In this document: positions 17,220-26,266 of the stretch, one piece after another | Layout of the letters: each line of letters opens with the position of its first letter | How positions within the stretch are numbered: position 1 is the first letter of the stretch | Program-made: the position numbers and the translations under genes | The notes under the pieces: model-generated | The model's database searches: none | Told to the model about the DNA's origin: nothing | Seen by the model: the letters and a program-made list of their open reading frames with translations, nothing else | NCBI GenBank assembly: GCA_040756875.1 | Contig: JBFLYH010000001.1 | Coordinates: 224,001-288,000, forward strand | Direction: 5' to 3' | Source: a candidate division FCPU426 bacterium | GTDB taxonomy: Bacteria; Oederibacteriota; JAAXVQ01; JAUVAV01 | DNA length: 64,000 bases

Positions 17220-18491
17220 ATGACGGGAATCAATCTGGGAAAGCGAACGACGGTCGCCGTGCTCGGCGCCAGCGCCAAACCCGAACGGACCAGTCACCAG
17301 GCGGTCCTGCTGCTGAGCCAAATGGGATTTGACGTCTTTCCGGTGCATCCGGCAATTTCCCGGATCGCCGGCCTGACGGTTTATCAATGCCTGAGCGACA
17401 TTGAGGCGGGCCTGGACACCATTACCGTCTATCTGTCGCCCGAGCGTTCCAGCGCTTTGCAGATGGAATTGCTTTGCGCCCGGCCGCGGCGGGTTGTTTT
17501 CAACCCGGGTGCGGAAAATCCGGTCTTGGCTAAGACGCTGCTGGATGCCGGTATTGAGGTGCTCAACGCTTGCACCCTGGTTCTGCTTCAAACCGGCCGG
17601 TTCGGGCCGCCGCAACAGCCTGCGCCGCTGCGGTCATGCGCGGCATGCGCGCCCTGCTTCATCCGGCAGGCTGAGGAAGCCCTCACGCTTGCCGGAGTGT
17701 CCGGCGAAACCAGGGAAGCCTTGCTGCGGGAAATAGCGGAACTGGCCCGATCCGGCAGCCAGGGGGCTGTGCCGCCAGAGGTTAGCCAGCGCATCCAGCG
17801 TCTCATCCGGGACCGGACTGGATGTCAAGATCCATACCGGAAGATGAAGTCCGAGCTGAACCAGGCTGCCTTGTCCTTGCTGCCGGAGGTGATGCGGAAG
17901 ATCCCGGAAAAGATGACAGCGCAGGAGGCGGCTGTGCGCCTGTCCATCGGCGGAAACATTCTCGACGCCGGCGCGAAAAGCGGCCTGGAAATGGACAAAG
18001 CATTGGGGACGCTGGAACGCGTGTTTACGCAACCGCTGGTGGGTGATTGGAGCGGATTGTTCGCGCGAACTGCAAGTGCGCGGCGGATTTTATTTTTAGC
18101 GGACAATGCGGGGGAAATCGTGTTTGACCGGCCGTTGCTTATGCTCTTGCCTCGGGGTGCGGTGACCGTGGCGGTGAGGGGTAGGCCTGTGATCAACGAC
18201 GCCACGCTCGAGGATGCGGCTGCCGCAGGGATCAGCGACCTTGCGGCGGTTATGGATAACGGGTCGGATGCCCCGGGTACTCTGCCGGGAGATTGTTCGG
18301 GCGCTTTTCGCGCGGCATTCGCTGCCAGCGATCTGGTTATTGCCAAGGGACAGGGAAACTATGAAACCCTGGCCACGGAAGAGAAACCAATGGTTTTTCT
18401 TCTGCAGGTTAAATGCCCGGTGATCGCGGCGCATACCGGCGCGGCGGTGGGAACTTTGCTGGTTCGGCATCAAGGAGTGAAAGCGGCATGA
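17220..18491 (+). CDS. Fusion of a CoA-binding (YccU-like) domain and an ARMT1/DUF89 damage-control phosphatase
   Basis: VAVLGASAKPER, FNPGAEN and ACTLVL, then PCFIRQA, DPY, GNILD, DNAGEIVFD and AKGQGNYETL. Confidence 0.85.
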   Translation: MTGINLGKRTTVAVLGASAKPERTSHQAVLLLSQMGFDVFPVHPAISRIAGLTVYQCLSDIEAGLDTITVYLSPERSSALQMELLCARPRRVVFNPGAENPVLAKTLLDAGIEVLNACTLVLLQTGRFGPPQQPAPLRSCAACAPCFIRQAEEALTLAGVSGETREALLREIAELARSGSQGAVPPEVSQRIQRLIRDRTGCQDPYRKMKSELNQAALSLLPEVMRKIPEKMTAQEAAVRLSIGGNILDAGAKSGLEMDKALGTLERVFTQPLVGDWSGLFARTASARRILFLADNAGEIVFDRPLLMLLPRGAVTVAVRGRPVINDATLEDAAAAGISDLAAVMDNGSDAPGTLPGDCSGAFRAAFAASDLVIAKGQGNYETLATEEKPMVFLLQVKCPVIAAHTGAAVGTLLVRHQGVKAA

Positions 18492-19357
18492 CCACATCGA
18501 TCAAGGAATTGGTCGTGATCAGCGGCAAGGGCGGGACCGGCAAGACCAGCGTGGCCGCGTCTTTGGCGGCGCTGGCCGAACGCCCGGTGATCGCCGACTG
18601 CGACGTGGATGCCGCGGATCTGCACCTGGTGTTGGCTCCAAAGGTGAGGGAACGCCGCGATTTCTACGCAGGCCGCGAGGCGGTGATCCGGCAGGCGGAT
18701 TGCACCCGCTGCGGCGAATGCGCACGGCTCTGCAGGTTTCAGGCTGTCGTGAGGAAAGACGGCGGCTATCTCATTGATCCGGCGTCCTGCGAAGGCTGCG
18801 GGGTCTGCGTGCGCTTCTGCCCGGCCAAGGCCATTGATTTTCCGGAACGCCGCTGCGGGGAATGGATGATATCCAACACCCGTTTCGGCCCCATGGTTCA
18901 CGCCCGGCTGGCGGCGGCGGCCGAAAACTCGGGCAAGCTGGTTTCCCTGGTCCGGCGCGAGGCGCGGCAAATCGCGGAGCAAGAAGGCCGCCCCTGCGTC
19001 ATCGTGGACGGGCCGCCGGGCATTGGCTGCCCGGTGATCGCTTCACTGGGAGGCGCCACGCTGGTGCTGGTGGTCACCGAACCCACCGTTTCCGGGGAGC
19101 ATGATCTGAAACGGGTGCTGGCGCTGGCGCGCCACTTCGGGGTGCCGGCTGCGGTCTGCGTGAATAAATGGGATATCAATCCGGCCATGGGAGAAAAAAC
19201 CGAGGCACTGGCGCTCCAGGAAGGGGCGCGTCTGGCAGGGAGGATTGCTTACGATCCGTTTGTGACCCGGGCGCAACTCCGGGAACAAACCGTGGTGGAG
19301 ACGTCGGCGCCCTCGGCCGCGGCATTCAGGGATTTATGGCGCGACTTAAACTCGTAG
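18488..19357 (+). CDS. MinD-superfamily P-loop ATPase with ferredoxin domain (partner subunit)
   Basis: ISGKGGTGKTS, DCDVDAADL, CTRCGECARLC, CEGCGVCVRFCP, ENSGKLV, DGPPGIGCP. Confidence 0.9.
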   Translation: MTTSIKELVVISGKGGTGKTSVAASLAALAERPVIADCDVDAADLHLVLAPKVRERRDFYAGREAVIRQADCTRCGECARLCRFQAVVRKDGGYLIDPASCEGCGVCVRFCPAKAIDFPERRCGEWMISNTRFGPMVHARLAAAAENSGKLVSLVRREARQIAEQEGRPCVIVDGPPGIGCPVIASLGGATLVLVVTEPTVSGEHDLKRVLALARHFGVPAAVCVNKWDINPAMGEKTEALALQEGARLAGRIAYDPFVTRAQLREQTVVETSAPSAAAFRDLWRDLNS

Positions 19358-19372
19358 GAGGAAGTGCAGCCA

Positions 19373-20671
19373 ATGGGATGCCAAGAACTTGAATCGCTTT
19401 CAGAGTACGCGCGGGATCACGCGGCTTATCCGCGAAATCAGGGGCCGATGGAACGGTACGACAGTTATGCACGCATGACCGGACCATGCGGGGATACGAT
19501 GGAATTTTGGTTGAAAATCAGCCAAGGCAAAATCGAAAAAGCCTCTTTTACCACGACTGGTTGCGGGCCGTCGCTGGCGTGCGGCAGCATGGCCACCTGC
19601 CTGGTCAAAGGTAAAACGGTGACAGACGCAGCCGCTGTGGAACCGCGGCACATTTTGGAGGCTTTGCACGGGTTGCCCCCCGAACATGAGCACTGCGCCT
19701 TATTAGCCGCCACGGTGCTGCGGGCAGCGTGCGCAGCATGGTTCGAACAGCAGCGGACGCCCGGTTTTGCCAAGCAAGAACGGGCTTCTTCCTGCGAAAC
19801 CTGCGAAGACAAAACTTGTCCGGCTATCGCTCCCCGCGGGGACGAGAGCCAAAAAGAATTCGAGGAGCGCCGCAAACTGCAATCCCGGCTCTGCCGCATC
19901 CGGCGTAAGATCGTGGTGCTTTCGGGAAAGGGTGGCGTCGGCAAAAGCACGGTAGCCGTCAATCTGGCCACAGCCCTCATGCTGGCGGGAAAACGCGCAG
20001 GCCTGCTGGACGCGGATATTCACGGGCCGAGCATACCCACCATGCTGGGTTTGGAAAACGAGAAAATCGAAAGCACCCCGGAAGGATTGGCGCCGGTGGA
20101 GTTGGGCGGCTTGAAAGTCATGTCCCTGGGTTTTATGCTGCAGAGCCCGGATGACGCCGTCATTTGGCGCGGGCCCATGAAAATGGGTGTGATCCAACAG
20201 TTTTTACGGGATGTGGATTGGGGCGATTTGGACTATTTAATTATCGACTCCCCGCCTGGCACAGGCGACGAACCGCTTTCCGTCTGCCAGCTGATCGGCA
20301 AACTGGACGGGGCGCTGGTCGTGACCACTCCGCAGCAGGTGGCGGCCGTGGATGTGCGCAAGTCCATTACTTTTTGCAAACAACTGCAGGTGCCGGTGCT
20401 GGGCGTGGTGGAAAACATGAGCGGTTTTGCCTGCCCCAAGTGCGGTGAAGTGACGCAGGTGTTTCAAAGCGGGGGAGGAAAGCAAATAGCCGAAGATATG
20501 CAGGCGCCGTTCTTGGGATCGATTCCCTTGGATCCGCAAATTGCCGAGGCGTGCGATCAGGGACGGGCGTTTATCCACCGCTTTGCCTCGACTCCGACGG
20601 CGAAAATGCTGAGGCAAATTATCGAGCCCATCATCGCCTTTGCGGAGGACGTCCGGAGCGGCAAATCATGA
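19373..20671 (+). CDS. mrp: NifU/IscU N-terminal domain fused to an Mrp/NBP35 (ApbC) Fe-S carrier ATPase
   Basis: GPCGDTM, GCG and HCA (IscU-like); SGKGGVGKST, DIHGPS, WRGP, DSPPGTGD and ENMSGFACPKC (Mrp). Confidence 0.9.
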   Translation: MGCQELESLSEYARDHAAYPRNQGPMERYDSYARMTGPCGDTMEFWLKISQGKIEKASFTTTGCGPSLACGSMATCLVKGKTVTDAAAVEPRHILEALHGLPPEHEHCALLAATVLRAACAAWFEQQRTPGFAKQERASSCETCEDKTCPAIAPRGDESQKEFEERRKLQSRLCRIRRKIVVLSGKGGVGKSTVAVNLATALMLAGKRAGLLDADIHGPSIPTMLGLENEKIESTPEGLAPVELGGLKVMSLGFMLQSPDDAVIWRGPMKMGVIQQFLRDVDWGDLDYLIIDSPPGTGDEPLSVCQLIGKLDGALVVTTPQQVAAVDVRKSITFCKQLQVPVLGVVENMSGFACPKCGEVTQVFQSGGGKQIAEDMQAPFLGSIPLDPQIAEACDQGRAFIHRFASTPTAKMLRQIIEPIIAFAEDVRSGKS

Positions 20672-21126
20672 GCCCGGTTCTGCGGCAGAGAGAGCTTGAG
20701 AACCTGAGGAACGCACGGCATGGCCGCTGCGTGGCCTGCGGATCGGACAATCCGCAGGGCCTGCAGCTCCGCTTTCAAGCCCTGGCCGAAGGCGGCGTGG
20801 AGGCGGTTTTTGCATGCGCGGAGCGGTTCGCGGGGTATGCCGAACGTCTGCACGGCGGCATCACCGCTTCGCTCTTGGACAGCGCCATGACCAATTGCCT
20901 GTTCGCTTGCGGCCAGGCGGCGGTCACGGCCGAACTGAACGTCCGCTACCATGCGCCGGTGGCCATCGGCCAAAGCGCCGTGATCCGCGCCCGGCTGGAA
21001 CAGCATTCACACGGGATGAGCCGGGTCCGCGCCGAGCTTCGCCAGGACGGAATGCTCAAGGCTTCGGCCTGGGGTAAGTTTATTCAGCCCGAGCATCTTC
21101 CGGGGGCCCGCAGTCGTGCCGCCTAG
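20668..21126 (+). CDS. PaaI-family (hotdog) thioesterase
   Basis: CVACGSDNPQGL, LHGGITASLLD, TAELNVRY. Confidence 0.85.
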   Translation: MSPVLRQRELENLRNARHGRCVACGSDNPQGLQLRFQALAEGGVEAVFACAERFAGYAERLHGGITASLLDSAMTNCLFACGQAAVTAELNVRYHAPVAIGQSAVIRARLEQHSHGMSRVRAELRQDGMLKASAWGKFIQPEHLPGARSRAA

Positions 21127-22127
21127 AGTCCGCATCACAATCGTTGTCAACGACGAGGCGCGCGATACCGGCCTGCAGGCCGAGCACGGCTGGAGCGCCT
21201 GGCTGGAATGCGGCGGCCGCCAGGTCCTGATGGATACCGGCCAGGGTCCGGCGCTGGCGCCCAACGCGGCGGCGCTGGGTTTGTCCTGGGAGCGCCAGGA
21301 GGCTGTTGTGGTCAGCCATGGCCACTATGATCATACCGGCGGCCTGGCAGTGGCGCTGTCACAGGCCGCGCGCTTGGCCGTGTATGCCCACCCGGCGGCT
21401 TGGCAGCCGAAATATGCCTGCCCAGCCGGAGAACCGGCGCGCGATATCGGCACCGCGCCCTCTTTGGCCGCCCAAGCCCGCGCTCTAGCCGGAAACTGGG
21501 TCGAAACGACAATGCCGGTTGAGGTAATCCCTGGACTTTGGCTCACCGGGCCCATCCCGCGGCGCACGGCTTACGAGGATGCGGGCGGGCCTTTTTTTTA
21601 TGGATTCCGGGTGCCGGCAAGCAGACGAACTGCCGGACGACCAGGCCCTTTTCTTCGAGACCCGGCAGGGACTGGTTGTGCTGCTGGGCTGCGCCCATGC
21701 CGGAGTGGTCAATACCGTGGAGTATATTCGCGGCTTGAAGCCCGGTCGGCCGTTCCAGGCCGTGATCGGCGGCATGCACTTGCATGCCGCCTCTGCGGAA
21801 CGGATGCGCCGGACGCTGGAAGCGCTGGACCGGTTTGCGATCGGGTTGCTTGTACCCGCACACTGCACCGGCTCCTTGGCAACAACTGCAATGCGGCGGC
21901 GTTTTGGAGATCGGTGCGTAGCCGGCTTGGTTGGAATGCGGTGGACTTTTGATTTGCGAAAAAAACTGACTCGGAAACGGCAGCGTGAGAATCGTCGTTT
22001 TCGGAGGAACGGCCGCAGGCTCCACGTCTGGCTGGCCAGGGAAGCCGGCCTGAAAACCGGCGCGACCGGCGTTTGGCGGGGTTCGCGCAGGCGCGTGAAA
22101 GGACGAAAGCGTGAAAAACCACTTTGA
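21116..22127 (+). pseudogene. MBL-fold metallo-hydrolase, frameshifted in a T8 run
   Basis: AEHG, MDTGQ and SHGHYDHTGG in frame 1; DDQAL, GCAHAG, IGGMHL and HCTG in another frame; deleting one T at 21592-21599 gives continuous GGPFFMDSG. Confidence 0.8.
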
Positions 22128-22837
22128 CCGCGAGGCGGCCGCTTGGGATCAAGATGAGCGGAAAATCCATATGGCGGAAACGATCGCTGCAGCCATGACG
22201 CGAAAACTGGACTTGAGCCCCACCCAAGTCTTGATGGATTATGGGACCGGCACCGGTTTGATTGCCTTAAAATTGAGGACGAGGGTCCGGGAAGTAATCG
22301 CCGTGGATAATTCCCGGGGTATGCTGGAAATGCTCAAGGCGAAACTGGCGAAATATGCAATCCCTCCGCAGGAATCCCCGGGCTTCAGCCCGGGGAGAGG
22401 ATTGCGGGATTAGTTTGCGGAGGGAGGGAGCCCCGGACTTTAGTCCGGGGGGCACTCCACTCGTGAATGTGAAGGTCTTACATGCGTCCCTGGAAGATGA
22501 AAAGGGACGTCTGCCTGCGGCGGATGTCATTGTCAGTTCGATGACGCTTCACCATATTCCGGATACTGTCAAAGCAGCCCGGGCGCTGTTTGCGGTGTTG
22601 AATCCGAAAGGCCAAATCGCGATTGCGGATTTGGACGAGCACGACGGCGGCTTTCACTCGGTTCAGGATGCAAACGTGCACAATGGTTTTAACCGCCAGG
22701 CGCTGCAAAAGGTGTTTTTCAGCGCCGGCTTCCGGAAAATCGAATTTTGCGAAGCATATACGCGCCGCAAACAACTGGCGGACGGCCGGGAAAGGGATTT
22801 CAAGATATTTTTAATGACCGCGCGGAAAAGCTTCTGA
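22111..22837 (+). pseudogene. Class I SAM methyltransferase interrupted by a 100-bp insertion
   Basis: MDYGTGTG and VDNSRGML upstream; SSMTLHH, IADL and HNGF downstream; removing 22363-22462 restores the frame as ...AKYAI-VNVKVL... Confidence 0.85.
22361..22462. mobile_element. Twin-hairpin non-autonomous element (short form) inserted in a CDS
   Basis: Hairpins CCCCGGGCT-TC-AGCCCGGGG and CCCCGGACT-TT-AGTCCGGGG; TC at both junctions; homolog at 8653-8792. Confidence 0.85.
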
Positions 22838-22843
22838 TCACTT

Positions 22844-22873
22844 AAAAACCGGCCGGACGGGGACCCGGCCGGT
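22844..22873 (-). terminator. Intrinsic terminator of the metal uptake operon
   Basis: Stem ACCGGCCGG/CCGGCCGGT with an A-tract on the + strand (U-tract on the - strand). Confidence 0.6.
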
Positions 22874-22889
22874 CACGGTTTCACCCGGC

Positions 22890-23705
22890 TTATGCTTGAA
22901 TCGAATGCGGTTTCCGTTCGCGGCGTCCGCGGGCTTGGAACCAATATTTCAAGGCCAACAACACAAAGAACAGACCTGCAAAGCCCGCCACAATCACCGG
23001 CGCGGTGGGCAGGTCGAAGCGGTAGGAGGCCATGACGCCTGCCATGCTGACCGCCGTCCCGGCCAGCCACCCGGTCAGCAGGATTTTAACTGGTGCCGTA
23101 AAGAACAACCTGCCGATCAAGGCCGGAATGACCAGAAACGCAAAGACCTGAAGGATTCCGGCCAACTCAACGGATTTTACCAGCACCAAAGCAAAGGTGA
23201 AGAAAAACAGGAATTCCCAGAAGTATCCGCCTTTCGCTTCGTATGTCATCGCCAGAAAGCGTTTTTGGAAAACCAGGTGCACAGCTCCGATGACAGTATA
23301 AACCGCAAAAGTCGAGAGCAAGTCCGCGGGCATAACCCAAATGATGTTGCCGTTGAGGATGTTTTTGAATTCCTCCAGGCCGTGCGGCGTTTTATCCAAA
23401 ATGAGGATTGCGGCCGAGATGGAAAAGATATACAGCACGCCGATGAACGCCTCCACATTGACCTGCCGGGATATTTTCTTGCCCAGGGCCAAGACGGCCG
23501 ATCCAACCAGCGCGGCGGCCAGGGGCAGGAGCGCCGAGCGCTCCTGCCCGAAATAAAAGGCCAGCGCCATACCCACTCCGATAAATTGCGCCAAGGCCAG
23601 ATCCACGAAAATAATGCCGCGCTGAAGTATGTGCACGCCAAAATACGCGTGGATCAGCACCAGGAGCAAGCAGGCCAGGAACGGGTACAGCAGCAAGGGG
23701 TCCAT
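22890..23705 (-). CDS. Metal ABC transporter permease (ZnuB/ABC-3 family)
   Basis: GVHILQRGIIFVDLALAQ, EAFIGVLY, GILQVFAFLVIPA, DLPTAP. Confidence 0.85.
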   Translation of the reverse strand: MDPLLLYPFLACLLLVLIHAYFGVHILQRGIIFVDLALAQFIGVGMALAFYFGQERSALLPLAAALVGSAVLALGKKISRQVNVEAFIGVLYIFSISAAILILDKTPHGLEEFKNILNGNIIWVMPADLLSTFAVYTVIGAVHLVFQKRFLAMTYEAKGGYFWEFLFFFTFALVLVKSVELAGILQVFAFLVIPALIGRLFFTAPVKILLTGWLAGTAVSMAGVMASYRFDLPTAPVIVAGFAGLFFVLLALKYWFQARGRRERKPHSIQA

Positions 23706-24586
23706 TATTTTACGGCCTCCAGGACGGTATTAATAAAGGCAAGATAATCCCCGGTTTCAGGCACAGCTCCCACATCGTGCGGAAGCAAAATCACCTTGAC
23801 CCCGGTTTGAGCCGAGATATAGGCTGCCTCTTTTTTCGAGGAATAGGGTGAGACCAGAATGCCGTCCGGTTTAGACTGCTCCATGCTTTTTAGCAGGGTT
23901 TCGATGTATCCGGAGGAAGGCGGAATGCCTGGTTTGGGTTCGACATACCCGGAGATCGTGAACCCGTATTCTTTGGCCAGGTATTCGTACATCCGGTGGT
24001 GCGCAACGAAACGCTTGCCTTGCAAAGGCACCACGGCCCAGGTTTCCTGCTTGGCCCTGAGCCTGGCCGCAAACGCCTCGGCGTTCGCCTGGTACCAGGC
24101 AGCCTGCGCCGGGTCCAGTTGTCCGAGCGTTTGCGCCATGCCTTCCGAGATCTTGAGGACCGCCGGGGCCGAAAAATGATAATGCGGATTGCCCAGGGGA
24201 TGCACGTCCCCCTGGCGCCGATCCACGCTTTCCGGCACTTCGATCGGATCAACGAACCGCGAGCAGTCGAAATATCCGGGTTTGTCCGGCTGGATTTTCG
24301 GATTGCGGGAAGAATCGATCAGAAGCGGCACATAGCCGATCTCCAGGTCCAGGCCGTTGAAAAACAACGCGTCCGCTTTGCGCGCGGCCAGGATCATGCC
24401 GGGCTTGGCCTCGATCATGTGCGGATCTTGCGAAGGTTTGACCAGCATGGTGACCTGGATTTTATCTCCGCCGATTTCGCGCAGCACGCTGCCGATCCAG
24501 GGGAGAGTGGCCACCACCTGCATCTTTGCCCCCGCCGGAACGGCTAAGCCCAGCAAGAGCATGAATCCCCATAACGTTCGTTTCAT
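23705..24586 (-). CDS. Metal ABC substrate-binding protein (ZnuA/TroA family)
   Basis: Signal peptide, QDPH, NGLDLE, GDVHPLGNPHY, VEPKPGIPPS. Confidence 0.88.
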   Translation of the reverse strand: MKRTLWGFMLLLGLAVPAGAKMQVVATLPWIGSVLREIGGDKIQVTMLVKPSQDPHMIEAKPGMILAARKADALFFNGLDLEIGYVPLLIDSSRNPKIQPDKPGYFDCSRFVDPIEVPESVDRRQGDVHPLGNPHYHFSAPAVLKISEGMAQTLGQLDPAQAAWYQANAEAFAARLRAKQETWAVVPLQGKRFVAHHRMYEYLAKEYGFTISGYVEPKPGIPPSSGYIETLLKSMEQSKPDGILVSPYSSKKEAAYISAQTGVKVILLPHDVGAVPETGDYLAFINTVLEAVK

Positions 24587-24597
24587 GGGGTGCCTCC

Positions 24598-25857
24598 TTA
24601 AAACTTGTGCGCGCCGTGCACGCCCAAGGAAATATCAATCTGCATTCCGCACGACCAGCCGTTCACGTTTCCGTCGGCCAGCGCGTATTCGCCGTAGGAA
24701 CCTTCCCAGCGCAAGCGCGAAAACTCCGAAAAACTCCAATCTGCCATGAACGTGGTGCGGCGGGTCGGATCGAACGTCGCCGCGCTTCCGTCGGGATACT
24801 CAACGCGGTTTAGCGATCCCAGGTGGTCAAACCTCAATCCTATCCGCCATTGCGGCCAAAGGCCGTAAATGGCTTGTGCGTATAATCCGTCCTGCAGCTT
24901 TTGCAGATACGCACCCGCCATTTCAGCGGCCAGGTCATGCCGGTATATTTGCATGCGGACATGGCGGACATAGTATTCCGCTTCGACGACGATATCGTTC
25001 TTTCCCATGGGAGCCGGGTCGTCGTATTTGTAGACCAAATCAGCGCCCGCAACTTGGGCCCAGCCGGAAAGCCAATGATCCGCCGCGCCGTTTTCGTCGC
25101 CGTCATGCTCTTCCTGGCGAACGCCCTGGATGAAGCTGGCTCCGGCCAGCAGCGAATGTTCCAGCCCGAGGTCAGGCCCGGCTTTCAGCCAGGCCACGCC
25201 GGTCCGGGGCGAGTTGAACTTTGGCAGGGGCGGCTCGCCCAGATAAGCAAGGCTGTTTTCCTCGCCGCCGGTCTCGAATCCCTCCAAACCCAGTTCGAGA
25301 TAGAAAGGCAGGCCGGCCAGATACGAGACCTGGAGCCCCAGGTCATTGATGCCGTGATGCCCGAAAAACAGCTGATTCACCATCGGCGCGGTAATGAACG
25401 GCCATTGATGGCTGTGCTGGGCGTTCAGACGGCCGAAGTCGGAGAAAAATTTACCGGTTTTGACCTTTAATCCCAACGGCAGCTCCAAAGTCTCGATCTG
25501 CGCGACTTCCAGTTCCGCGCCTTCGGGGCTGATCGCGGCTATGACCCAGGCTTTGAAAAACGGGTCCACCGAGCCGCTGAAATTCAACTCGGCGTGCCGC
25601 CAATTGAAACCATCCGCAGGCTCGTGGGCGTGCGTTTCTTCGCCTTCGTGATGATGGCCGGCTTCAAATCCGGCGATTTCCGAAAAGACGTGCGCGCCGT
25701 CTTCATCTGTCGCATTGAAGTGGTCGTAATAGACATATCCGTCCAAAATCACGGATAGATCCGGATTCATTGTCAAACCCGGGGCAGCAGCCCGGGCGGA
25801 CAGGGAGGAAAGCAATAAAACAGCAACCGGCAATATTGTTTTTAAAGCAAAGCGCAT
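24598..25857 (-). CDS. His-rich outer-membrane beta-barrel, probable metal porin
   Basis: Signal peptide, GHHHEGEETHAHE, FGRLNAQHSHQW, FSEFSRLR, C-terminal GVHGAHKF. Confidence 0.75.
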   Translation of the reverse strand: MRFALKTILPVAVLLLSSLSARAAAPGLTMNPDLSVILDGYVYYDHFNATDEDGAHVFSEIAGFEAGHHHEGEETHAHEPADGFNWRHAELNFSGSVDPFFKAWVIAAISPEGAELEVAQIETLELPLGLKVKTGKFFSDFGRLNAQHSHQWPFITAPMVNQLFFGHHGINDLGLQVSYLAGLPFYLELGLEGFETGGEENSLAYLGEPPLPKFNSPRTGVAWLKAGPDLGLEHSLLAGASFIQGVRQEEHDGDENGAADHWLSGWAQVAGADLVYKYDDPAPMGKNDIVVEAEYYVRHVRMQIYRHDLAAEMAGAYLQKLQDGLYAQAIYGLWPQWRIGLRFDHLGSLNRVEYPDGSAATFDPTRRTTFMADWSFSEFSRLRWEGSYGEYALADGNVNGWSCGMQIDISLGVHGAHKF

Positions 25858-25944
25858 GGAAATGCCTCCTGGGAAATGGCAGGAAAGGACATAGTCCTTC
25901 CCTGATCTTAATGAAGGAACAGGTGAAACGGTGGCTTGGAAAAG

Positions 25945-26259
25945 TCAGACGGAAGGAGGGCCGTGATTGACCGGATGTTCCAAACAAACAGGGGTGACAG
26001 CCAGGATGGCGTTGCCTACAAGCCGGGTCGAAATGGCAGGCAGACCGGCGGATGGGTGGGGAGCGGTCGGGACCGGCTGGTCGGCTGAGGACAATTGGTG
26101 AACGACCTGGCAGATGGAACAATGGCGGGAGTCGCCTGTTTCGTGCGAATGGCCGTGGTGAATATGCACGGACGCCAGCAGCGCCCAAAACAGCAGGCTT
26201 GCGGTCAAGGGCAGGGAAACCAGGCGGGATCCGGCGCGCGAAACGAAAGCGGAAAACAT
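25945..26259 (-). CDS. DUF2946-like small protein (hydrophobic N-terminus, His tract, CxxC, C-terminal HGPP)
   Basis: HIHHGHSHE, HCSICQ and NHGPPSV*; first ORF of the metal uptake operon. Confidence 0.65.
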   Translation of the reverse strand: MFSAFVSRAGSRLVSLPLTASLLFWALLASVHIHHGHSHETGDSRHCSICQVVHQLSSADQPVPTAPHPSAGLPAISTRLVGNAILAVTPVCLEHPVNHGPPSV

Positions 26260-26266
26260 AAAGAGG

